Positions 21,413 through 29,178 of a stretch of 32,000 nucleotides of DNA are shown here, piece by piece (the first letter of the stretch is position 1; each line of letters begins with the position of its first letter). A program made the position numbers and the translations under genes. Source of the stretch: Nitrosotalea sp. GTDB taxonomy: Archaea; Thermoproteota; Nitrososphaeria; Nitrososphaerales; Nitrosopumilaceae. A model generated the notes under the pieces. It was not told the origin of the DNA and did not search any database. It saw only the letters and a program-made list of their open reading frames with translations. The stretch covers positions 1 to 32,000 of the forward strand of contig DATFCV010000055.1 in the NCBI GenBank assembly GCA_035252645.1, read 5' to 3'.

Positions 21413-21682
21413 TTGGTGGACTATCCCGTAACAATCGAGAATGGTGAAATCAAGATCAAGGCAGAAAAGATGGAGGTTGACAAGCTCTACTACTGCCTTT
21501 ACAAGGAAAAGGTGATGCTCTTCTTCAAGGACAAGAACGACCTTCTCAACTGCTATGAGATAGAGGAAAAGGAAATTGTCGACGAGGTAAAGATGTCCGA
21601 GCAGGCAGATATCGACAAGATTCTGGAAAAATTCATCGAGAAAAAGAACCTAAACCCCAAGCCGGGCGGTCACTCGCACTAG
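21413..21682 (+). CDS. Hypothetical small acidic/lysine-rich protein
   Basis: The 89-aa ORF has a TTG/GTG start, with a TTTTTATG TATA-like element about 50 nt upstream. I recognised no family. Confidence 0.45.
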   Translation: MVDYPVTIENGEIKIKAEKMEVDKLYYCLYKEKVMLFFKDKNDLLNCYEIEEKEIVDEVKMSEQADIDKILEKFIEKKNLNPKPGGHSH

Positions 21683-21815
21683 ACACCGGACCATTGCCTT
21701 GTCCTGGGCAGGCCCTTCCATGAAAATTAAAATTCGGAATGCCATTCCAGACGAAATTTCGGTATGTCAGTTCCAACACGCTAACCATTAAATAAAACAC
21801 TCTTAGAGCTCTGTT

Positions 21816-22103
21816 GTGACAAGGCCGCCCAATATCATATTCATTGGAAAGAAACCTATCCTTACCTACGTAAACGCCACGCTTACACTCCTTGCAAACG
21901 AGCCCACGGTTACGATAAAGGCCCGCGGGAAGAGCATAACCGCCGCGGTGGACGTCTCGCAGATGATAGTCAAGAGGATGAACGCAGTAGGCTACAAGGT
22001 AAGCGGCGTGAGGATCTTCTCCGAAAGGATGGAGTCAAAGGACGGCAAGGAAAGGAACGTCTCTACAATAGAGGTCGACGTCTCCAAGCCAGAGAATGTC
22101 TAG
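21816..22103 (+). CDS. albA: Chromatin protein Alba (DNA/RNA-binding)
   Basis: 95 aa with a GTG start. NIIFIGKKPILTYVNATLTLL..EPTVTIKARGKSITAAVDVSQMIVKR matches Alba. Confidence 0.9.
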   Translation: MTRPPNIIFIGKKPILTYVNATLTLLANEPTVTIKARGKSITAAVDVSQMIVKRMNAVGYKVSGVRIFSERMESKDGKERNVSTIEVDVSKPENV

Positions 22104-22326
22104 AAGAAACTGGTACGTCCTTGTCGCTGCCACCTGTACGGCCGCAATTGTCGCATATTTCCTGGTTGGGAGCAACGGCTGTCCCATGCAGCAACTCGCC
22201 CTTGAGCAAGACATAAAAAAGTACGGTTCAAGTCCCGACCCAGAATCCTGTGCCGCTATAAACGAGCGAATTTCAGGATATGACAGCCAGTGCAAGGCAA
22301 GCTTTGAGATCCTCGACTGCGGCTAG
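22096..22326 (+). CDS. Small membrane-anchored protein with four extracytoplasmic Cys
   Basis: 76 aa. It has an N-terminal helix WYVLVAATCTAAIVAYFLV followed by a soluble tail with 4 Cys. It overlaps the alba 3' end by 8 nt. Confidence 0.45.
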   Translation: MSRRNWYVLVAATCTAAIVAYFLVGSNGCPMQQLALEQDIKKYGSSPDPESCAAINERISGYDSQCKASFEILDCG

Positions 22327-22943
22327 AGGGAGCCTGCAAGGAAAACCGTCCCGAAATAAACAAGGACGCCCGCAAGGGCCACCATGAGCATCCTGTAGTT
22401 CTTTCCGGAGAGTATCGCCCTGCCGCGCCCTGAAAGGAACCCCACTGTCCCAAGCCAGCCATAGTCCATCCAGATGTGAAAGCCAAAGACAAGCCCAATG
22501 CCGACAAGCGAATAGAGGGCCACGGCATCGGAGATGAGCTTGAACCCTATGGTGAGCCACCACACGATAAAGAAGGGATTGAGGGCGCTTAGAAAAATCC
22601 CGGCATAAAACGGCCCGTGCTTTGACTGCCGCTCAGTTGGTGTCTTTTGAAGAGCAGACCTAACCTGGAGGCCGGCAAAAACAAAGAGGGCAATTGCCCC
22701 AAGCACCGAGACGTATTGGCGAAACTGGGGGAGGGCTCCAAGCGATAACGCGCCAATCCCTATGAGCAGGACAAGCGGACCCTCCACTATTGTATGTCCA
22801 AGTGCCATCCTGATGCCGGACCTCCAGCCACCTCTGATGCCGTAGGCAACGTTTGACGCAAAAAGCGGGCCTGGCGACATTACGCCCGAGACCGAGATTG
22901 CAATTACCGTCGCTGCAAATTCCGTAATGGAGGGCATTGGCAC
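22323..22943 (-). CDS. LysE/RhtB-family amino-acid exporter
   Basis: 206 aa with six hydrophobic segments. The N-terminal SPGPLFASNVAYGIRGGWRSGIRMALGH is typical of LysE translocators. The start is GTG 22943 or ATG 22937. Confidence 0.85.
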   Translation of the reverse strand: MPMPSITEFAATVIAISVSGVMSPGPLFASNVAYGIRGGWRSGIRMALGHTIVEGPLVLLIGIGALSLGALPQFRQYVSVLGAIALFVFAGLQVRSALQKTPTERQSKHGPFYAGIFLSALNPFFIVWWLTIGFKLISDAVALYSLVGIGLVFGFHIWMDYGWLGTVGFLSGRGRAILSGKNYRMLMVALAGVLVYFGTVFLAGSL

Positions 22944-23192
22944 TCAATATGCAAATATCTTGGTCAGGGGCCCTATCTTCTTCGATATAAAGTCAAGGAC
23001 CTCGCCCGGCTCTGTCATATAGAAGAACTCGTCTTTTCCATCACGCGCTATGTTTACGCAGTATCTCCGCGATGTCCTGTTTATGTAGGCATGCTCAGGC
23101 TCGTTCTCTATCCTTATTCCCTCATCGGAATCCAAGACCCTGAGGTGTTTTTCAAGCGCCTCGACTGAAATCTCTCTTTCCTGGTAGCTCAT
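22944..23192 (-). CDS. Hypothetical 82-aa protein, stop/start-coupled to the upstream PAC2-like gene
   Basis: The real start is probably Met46 of the tracked ORF (MSYQEREISVEALEKHLRVL...). Its ATG overlaps the upstream TGA as ATGA at 23189-23192. Confidence 0.5.
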   Translation of the reverse strand: MSYQEREISVEALEKHLRVLDSDEGIRIENEPEHAYINRTSRRYCVNIARDGKDEFFYMTEPGEVLDFISKKIGPLTKIFAY

Positions 23193-23902
23193 CCGTAGAT
23201 AGCATCTCGGAGTGGGCCGGCATCTTCCTCGGCCTGCTTCATCTGCGACTCGATGTTTTCGGCCTCGCTCATCAGCGTCCTCAGGTCGCAAGATGCGCCA
23301 GGCACCAGCTTTGATACCGCCATGCAAATCTCAGCCCCTGCCCTAAAGTCAGGCCCGGTCTCCTTGCCGGTGTAGAGGAGCACTATGACGTTTGTGTCTG
23401 TAATGGATCCCTCGTTTAGCAAAATCCCTGGTATTCCTGGCACCGTCCCGTTCTTGAGTACTGGAATGTCGGCGTCTGCAAGCTTTTTCCTTGCCGCGTC
23501 TGTTGTCGCAACGCCTATGACTGCGGGCTTTTCGTCGTTTTTTACCGCCGCTGCAGAAACTATCAGAGAGCACTTGTGGTCGTTTGCCCACTTGAGCATG
23601 CACCTTGCCACCTCCCTGTGGAGGGATTCGTGCGGCGTGAGATACGACGAAAACACGGCAACCTTGAGCTCTTCGTTTACAAATATCCTTGCAGGAAAGC
23701 CTGGCTTTTCATCCCTTATAATTGAGATTGGTGGAAAAAGTTCCGAGTCTAGGACTCCTGCCAGCACAAATTGGGCAGTAGTGTTTATGAGGGATTCCGT
23801 TGCTATGGCGTTTGCAAGGCCGGCGTAAGGAAACCCGTCGATGACAAAACCTCCTTGGATGTTTACTTGCTTTATCTCGCGTATGAAAATTCCATTATCC
23901 AT
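23189..23902 (-). CDS. PAC2-family proteasome assembly chaperone (PbaA/PbaB-like)
   Basis: 237 aa. GGFVIDGFPYAGLANAIATESLI... and the overall pattern fit COG1938/PAC2. The C-terminus ...RDAIYG is an HbYX-type tail. Confidence 0.8.
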   Translation of the reverse strand: MDNGIFIREIKQVNIQGGFVIDGFPYAGLANAIATESLINTTAQFVLAGVLDSELFPPISIIRDEKPGFPARIFVNEELKVAVFSSYLTPHESLHREVARCMLKWANDHKCSLIVSAAAVKNDEKPAVIGVATTDAARKKLADADIPVLKNGTVPGIPGILLNEGSITDTNVIVLLYTGKETGPDFRAGAEICMAVSKLVPGASCDLRTLMSEAENIESQMKQAEEDAGPLRDAIYG

Positions 23903-23954
23903 GAATTTTCATATTTGTTACGCCTTTTTAAATGGAATCGTCAGGGCAGCCGTC

Positions 23955-25499
23955 CTATTCCGTAGCTACGCGTATGAGTTCTGCAATCTGCTTGCCCTTG
24001 CCCTGTGATATTGCAGAAATGCCCCCAGTGAGGCTCTCACTTACGATTCCCTTGTCGGCTAGCACCTTCACGGCGTTAAGCGAGGTGTATCCTGCCATGC
24101 ACACAAGCAGCGACTTGTGCGAGCCCTCAAGCGCCTTGTTTATCGTATCGGGAACCTTCTGGGTCATGAGCAACTGCTCGGCCTCCCCCGCGGTAGGGAC
24201 TATGACCTTGCTCTTGTCGATGCCGAGGGTCTTTGCAATCATTTCTATCCCCTCCTCGCGCGGCGTGTATTGTGTGTGGATCCACACCACCTTGTCGTAA
24301 TCGCCAATGCTTGACTGGGCCTCCTCAAGGGACACCTGAACCCTGGCCTGCTTCTCTGACATGCTTTCAAGGTTCTTCCTGTACTTTGCAATTCCGTCTG
24401 CTACTATTACCACAAATTTACTGCCGCCTCCAAAGTTTGCAAGCTGCATCGTGGCATAGAGTGCAAGCGCGCTGCTCTCGCCCATGTCGTGGCCCTTGGA
24501 TACAAAAAACTTTAGCAACTTCCTTGCCTGTGTAAAATCTACCTCGTGCTGGCCCGCGTACCTGTCAGGCTCGTAGAACTTGAGTCCTGCTGCCTTTGAC
24601 TTGGTCCTGATGCCTGCAACGTCCTGGTCTCCCTGCGGAAAGACCACGTGGAGCGACTTTTTGTTGTATTTTTCGGAGAGGTACCTGCTCAGTCCACCGG
24701 ATGTCCCGCCTGTGCCAAATGTGCAGACTATCCCATAGTCTCCAAGAGATTGGCCACTTGCGCGCAACTGCTGGTCAATCTCGGGACCTGTGACGGTCCT
24801 GTGAACCCCGACGTTAAGTTCGTTGTCATACTGCTCCGGGCAAAACCCCCCGTAAATTTTTGCAAGCAGTTTTGCCAAGTTTATGATGTCTTGCTTTGCC
24901 AGAATCTCATGCGCCTCGGTTATAGCGCCGTCAAAAATTGTAGGATCAAACCCAAGTTCGGAAAGCTGCGAGCGTATGTTTGCAGCGGTTGCCTTTGCCG
25001 CAAGGACGTTTGGGCTGTCCTTCATCCCTGGCGCCGGGCAAATGTCCATGTCAAGATTGAGGATGCGTATCTTCTCGTTTCGCAGCTCCTCAAAGACCCC
25101 TTCCTGGAGCTTCCTTGAAACTAGTGCTACCACGTCAAGGCCCAGCCTTGAGAGTTGCCCCAAGGCAATCCCAAAGTTGCCAGACGTTGCCTCAAAGATG
25201 GGCTTGCCGTTCCTTATCTTGCCAGTAGCTATGGCGTCATGGATGATGTGTACGGCGGGCCTTACCTTTATCGAGCCGCCCGGCAGCTTGGAATCGAACT
25301 TGCCAAAAACCCTCAGCTCTTTGTCGTCGAGGTTTACGTTGAATTCCTTCTTTGCACACTCCTTAAGATCACTAGTGATATCTACAAGCGGGGTTGCGTT
25401 TACAATGCCTCCGTCATTGCCAAGGTGTGGTACCTTGGACCAGATTTCGGCCTCAAATTTTTCAAGCAGTAACTTGTCGGTTTCTGTGCTCAAATTCAC
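23955..25499 (-). CDS. CysK/CBS-family PLP-dependent beta-replacement enzyme fused to a C-terminal rhodanese domain
   Basis: 514 aa. It has the PLP lysine block PGGSIKVRPA, the substrate loop EATSGNFGIALG and the phosphate loop FGTGGTSGG. The C-terminal ~100 aa has a rhodanese active-site loop LLVCMAGYTSLNAVKVLADKG. Confidence 0.85.
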   Translation of the reverse strand: MNLSTETDKLLLEKFEAEIWSKVPHLGNDGGIVNATPLVDITSDLKECAKKEFNVNLDDKELRVFGKFDSKLPGGSIKVRPAVHIIHDAIATGKIRNGKPIFEATSGNFGIALGQLSRLGLDVVALVSRKLQEGVFEELRNEKIRILNLDMDICPAPGMKDSPNVLAAKATAANIRSQLSELGFDPTIFDGAITEAHEILAKQDIINLAKLLAKIYGGFCPEQYDNELNVGVHRTVTGPEIDQQLRASGQSLGDYGIVCTFGTGGTSGGLSRYLSEKYNKKSLHVVFPQGDQDVAGIRTKSKAAGLKFYEPDRYAGQHEVDFTQARKLLKFFVSKGHDMGESSALALYATMQLANFGGGSKFVVIVADGIAKYRKNLESMSEKQARVQVSLEEAQSSIGDYDKVVWIHTQYTPREEGIEMIAKTLGIDKSKVIVPTAGEAEQLLMTQKVPDTINKALEGSHKSLLVCMAGYTSLNAVKVLADKGIVSESLTGGISAISQGKGKQIAELIRVATE

Positions 25500-25625
25500 T
25501 TACATTTCAATGTTGGATTGGATGATCTTATAAAAGATACTCGAAATTTCCGACGGTGTCAGGGTTTAAAAAACACGAGCCGCCCAGCAGATATCTTTTT
25601 TTCCTCTGGGTTTTTAACAAAAGGC

Positions 25626-25871
25626 ATGGAATCACTTTACATTCTCATAAACTGCGACCTGGGCTCTGAGATCGACATAATAAGCCAGCTAGCAAAAATT
25701 CCAGAGGTAAAGGAGGTCCGTGGGACATACGGCATTTACGACATTTTTGTAAAGGTCCAGGCCGACTCTAATGCGATACTTGAGGAAATCGTCACTCACA
25801 AGATAAGGAGAATTCCAAAGGTGCGCTCTACAGTTACACTGACACCTATCATGTCCCAGGGCGGACGCTAG
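25626..25871 (+). CDS. Stand-alone RAM/Lrp-AsnC ligand-binding domain protein
   Basis: It starts at Met37 of the tracked ORF. MESLYILINCDLGSEIDIISQLAKIPEVKEVRGTYGIYDIFVKVQADSNAILEEIV..KIRRIPKVRST fits the ~80-aa RAM domain. It ends 8 nt before the next gene. Confidence 0.7.
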   Translation: MESLYILINCDLGSEIDIISQLAKIPEVKEVRGTYGIYDIFVKVQADSNAILEEIVTHKIRRIPKVRSTVTLTPIMSQGGR

Positions 25872-25879
25872 ACCATCCC

Positions 25880-27040
25880 ATGATTTCCCTTTTCAACTCT
25901 TTTTCTTCAAAAAATGAAACGTTCGAGCCTTTTCAAAAAGACTTGGCCAGGGTTTTCATCTGCGGCCCTACGCTTTATGACCTGACCCACTTGGGCCACG
26001 CAAGAATCTTCCTGACCTACGACCTGCTTTGCAGGCACCTAAACGAGCGAGGCTACAGAACAGACGTGCTTGTCAACATGACTGACATTAACCAGAGCGT
26101 CTTTACCAAGGCAAAGGCCGAGTCGAAGGACTGCCACTCGGTGGCCAAGTTCTACGCGGAAAAGTTTGTCCAAGACCTGGCACTTCTCAACATCCGAAGC
26201 GTAACGCGGCTTGCATATGTTTCAGACTATGTAGGACAAATAGAGAACCATGTCGCCAGGCTCCTTGACCTCAAGCTTGCTTACCATGCAAACGGCAACG
26301 TCTACCTAGACTCCTCAAAGGACGAGCGTTACGGCATGCTCTCAAAGCAGTCAAAAGGCCAACTATTGCTCCACCGCCTTGACATAGGCCCTAACAAGAA
26401 AAGCCAGAACGACGTCATGCTGTGGAACTGTTCTGAAAACTTTGACTTTACCTGGCAAAGCAGATTCGGCCGGGGAATTCCGTGGTGGCACATGCAGGAC
26501 ACCACGGTTGCCCTTGAAAACTTTGGAAGGAACTACGACATCCACGGCGGAGCAAGGGAGCTTCTCTACCCCCATCATGAGGCGCACCTTTCACAGTACA
26601 AACTTCTTACAGGCTCGGAAACCCCGGTGAAGACCTGGATGCACGTAGGCCTTGTACTTGTCGGAGGGGATAAGATGTCAAAGTCTCTTGGGAATGTGGT
26701 GTGGTCAAGAGACCTTGCTGAAAAATACGGCCAGAACCTTATCAGGCTGTACCTGTTTTCAACCCATTATCGCAAGGACATCGATTTCAGGGAGGAAGAC
26801 ATTGCGGAAAAAAATGCACAACTGGAAAGGATATACAAGGCCGGACTGAAGGCATCATCACAAACCGACCCTGAGATTACATCCCTTGTGGAAGGCTTTC
26901 TTTCCTCGCTTGACTGTGACCTTGACTCGCCAAGGGCGCTTGAAATCTTTGATGCGATTTGTTCCAAGGTCTTGTCTGGTGCAAAAGTAAGCCGTACTGA
27001 TTTCGAACGGATATGTCGGGTTCTGGGGCTGGCGACCTGA
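25880..27040 (+). CDS. Class-I CysRS-fold ligase lacking the anticodon-binding domain (MshC-like architecture) with substituted metal-site residues
   Basis: 386 aa. It has FICGPTLYDLTHLGHAR (CGPT + HIGH), IHGGARELLYPHHEAHLSQ and KMSKSLGN. It ends at ...RICRVLGLAT. The position equivalent to E. coli CysRS GWHIECS reads WWHMQDT. Confidence 0.85.
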   Translation: MISLFNSFSSKNETFEPFQKDLARVFICGPTLYDLTHLGHARIFLTYDLLCRHLNERGYRTDVLVNMTDINQSVFTKAKAESKDCHSVAKFYAEKFVQDLALLNIRSVTRLAYVSDYVGQIENHVARLLDLKLAYHANGNVYLDSSKDERYGMLSKQSKGQLLLHRLDIGPNKKSQNDVMLWNCSENFDFTWQSRFGRGIPWWHMQDTTVALENFGRNYDIHGGARELLYPHHEAHLSQYKLLTGSETPVKTWMHVGLVLVGGDKMSKSLGNVVWSRDLAEKYGQNLIRLYLFSTHYRKDIDFREEDIAEKNAQLERIYKAGLKASSQTDPEITSLVEGFLSSLDCDLDSPRALEIFDAICSKVLSGAKVSRTDFERICRVLGLAT

Positions 27041-27735
27041 TACCGCGGGTCGAGGACCTGGACCTTGCCTTCACAGGGCTGTGGGCCAACTCGGTCAAGA
27101 TGGATTGCGGAACGCTGTTTTTCAGTGACGAAATGCCAAACGATGTATTTTTCGACAAGTTTGCAGGAATCACATGCCTTGACGAAAAAACAATCAACGA
27201 TTTGCTTGCCCTCTTTGAGCAACACCACACAGTTCCGTACTTTTATCTCTTGGAAAGGGAAGACCTTGAGGAACTGCTGAAAAGAAAAGGCTTCAAGCTT
27301 TACGACACGCAGCATGTACTTGCAAAGGCTCCCTCGCATTCTGACAAGGTGGCGTTTAGGATCTCGCAGGGTGAGGCGCGAAGGTGGGCAGAGACATTTT
27401 GTAGGGCCTATGACTGCATGGATTGGCTCGGTCCAGTGAAGGCGGCAGTCGGGAATACGGCAACATCAATTGAATACTACCTTGACAAATCAAAGGGCTC
27501 TTGCATGGCACTGTACGAAAAAAACTTGATACTGGGGCTCTATTGCCTTGGAACCGTACCTTCAATGAGGAAGATGGGGCTTGCCGCGTCCCTTGTTGAG
27601 TTTGCTGCAGGTGAGGCCAAGAGGAGGGGGCTTGAGGTCCTGATGCTTGAAACCTACCAGAGGGACGGACTAGTCAATTTCTACACTAGGCTGGGCTTTA
27701 GGGAAATTTACAGGAAAAAAATCTACACTACTTGA
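27013..27735 (+). CDS. GNAT-family N-acetyltransferase
   Basis: 240 aa. The C-terminal GNAT core is LGLYCLGTVPSMRKMGLAASLVEFAAGEAKRRGLEVLMLETY...NFYTRLGF. The tracked ATG overlaps the preceding ligase gene by 28 nt, and an internal Met at 27100 is an alternative start. Confidence 0.8.
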   Translation: MSGSGAGDLIPRVEDLDLAFTGLWANSVKMDCGTLFFSDEMPNDVFFDKFAGITCLDEKTINDLLALFEQHHTVPYFYLLEREDLEELLKRKGFKLYDTQHVLAKAPSHSDKVAFRISQGEARRWAETFCRAYDCMDWLGPVKAAVGNTATSIEYYLDKSKGSCMALYEKNLILGLYCLGTVPSMRKMGLAASLVEFAAGEAKRRGLEVLMLETYQRDGLVNFYTRLGFREIYRKKIYTT

Positions 27736-28672
27736 GCTTGGCAAGCAGCGCCGAATAAAGGAATGGCAAAACCGTAGTCGCCTCGGCATGAATTGTTGTC
27801 TGCTTGGCATTTTGCGTCACTTTTCCCCATGAGATTGCCTCCCGCACAAGGGCTCCGCTAAGGCTTCCGTCAAACTCCTGTGCGGTCGTGATATATATCG
27901 CATAATCCAGCCCCTCGCGGTACTGGTTCCACCACAGAGTATGGTGCTTTGAGATTCCTCCTCCTATCATTAGGGCTCCAGACTTTTTTGCCTTGAATAT
28001 CAGCCCCGACAAAAGGTCGCCGTCTGATGCCACGTTGAGCCTGAAATCGTTGTGCTTTTGCGTGAACATCCAGATCTGGCTGCCGACAGCTCCGTCCATT
28101 ATGCCAGGCACTACCACCGGTATGTTGTTTTTGTAGGCCCAGTAAAGGAACGAGTCCTCGCCTAGGTTTGCGCCTATGGCCCTGCATACCTCGTGCGTAG
28201 ACATCTCTTTCTTGCCTTTCTCGTATTCCTTTTGCAGAAATGACTGGACCTTTTCCTCTATTAGCGGCCCGTAGCTTTTCAGGGGCACAAGCACGTTCCC
28301 AAGCCTGTGTATTCCCTCGTCTGCAAGCTTGCTGTCGTCAAGAGTAAACGAGCCTTCGAGATAGTTTGAAAAGTGTCTTGCAATGTCATGATCTAGTGCA
28401 CCGCAAGTAGTGATGACAACGTCGCACATCTTGTTCTTTACCATGTCTGCAATTATTCCTCGCAGCCCTGTCGAAACTATGGCCCCTACAAATGACAAAA
28501 ACTTGAGGCACTGCTTGTCCTCAACCATTTCGGTCATAATGTGGAGCCCGTCTGAAAGATTCCTTGATTCAAAACCTCCGGACTTGGCCATCTGATCAAA
28601 AATCTCCCCGATGTCGTCACCCTTTTTTATCGAAATGTCCTTTACTGGCCTTCCCTGCTTCACACCCCACAA
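27728..28672 (-). CDS. dys: Deoxyhypusine synthase
   Basis: 314 aa. GGFESRNLSDG, VVITTCGALDHD, IHRLGNVLVP, GGGISKHH and EFDGSLSGA...EAISWGK match DHS. A TATA-like TTTTATAG lies about 25 nt upstream, so the transcript looks leaderless. Confidence 0.95.
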   Translation of the reverse strand: MWGVKQGRPVKDISIKKGDDIGEIFDQMAKSGGFESRNLSDGLHIMTEMVEDKQCLKFLSFVGAIVSTGLRGIIADMVKNKMCDVVITTCGALDHDIARHFSNYLEGSFTLDDSKLADEGIHRLGNVLVPLKSYGPLIEEKVQSFLQKEYEKGKKEMSTHEVCRAIGANLGEDSFLYWAYKNNIPVVVPGIMDGAVGSQIWMFTQKHNDFRLNVASDGDLLSGLIFKAKKSGALMIGGGISKHHTLWWNQYREGLDYAIYITTAQEFDGSLSGALVREAISWGKVTQNAKQTTIHAEATTVLPFLYSALLAKLK

Positions 28673-28811
28673 ACCAAGTCTGGGGCTATAAAATCTTCTG
28701 AAAACAAAATCACACAGTCGCGTCTGGGTCGGTAGTTGGAACTAGGGGCTTTGGGGCTACCTGCGGCATATGCAAAAGATGCCAGCAGGTTCCCGCGTGC
28801 CACGCCCAATC

Positions 28812-29012
28812 CTAAAAGCAAAGTATGTTTCCAGTGTGGGAGTCGATCTCAACCTGCAACTTTCTCTTGGTAGGGGATGAGACCAGTACATCAACCTGCC
28901 ACACTCCGTCAACCAAGACAATCCTTTCCACCCTTACAACGTTGTGGTATCTCTGCAGAAAATTAACTGCCGCCTCCCTTGCTCGGACCCTGTCCACTGC
29001 CTGACTCATCAT
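28812..29012 (-). CDS. PepSY-like small protein (66 aa), paralog 2
   Basis: MMSQAVDRVRAREAAVNFLQRYHNVVRVERIVLVDGVWQVDVLVSS...VEIDSHTGNILCF. By my hand count, 27/66 positions are identical to 14039-14239 in an ungapped alignment. Confidence 0.6.
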   Translation of the reverse strand: MMSQAVDRVRAREAAVNFLQRYHNVVRVERIVLVDGVWQVDVLVSSPTKRKLQVEIDSHTGNILCF

Positions 29013-29178
29013 GATTTCACTACGTCGAAATCATTTTTATGACTATATGCTAAATTGTAACCTGAAAGTTTTCAAGGCTGGTCTTTTGTGCATTGGTTAC
29101 AGATTGCTGTCCCTGTTCCAAGGCTTGCCGCCTAGTCACGGTTAATATGTAGGTGTAAATTGGTAGCTATCGATAAGG

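Noticed and set aside
28760-28789. 10-bp bulged hairpin (CCTGCGGCAT...ATGCCAGCAGG) between the PepSY-2 3' end and the DHS promoter.
   Set aside because: It could be a 3'-end structure, but archaeal termination does not require hairpins. No flanking conserved motif was recognisable, so the evidence is insufficient for a feature call.
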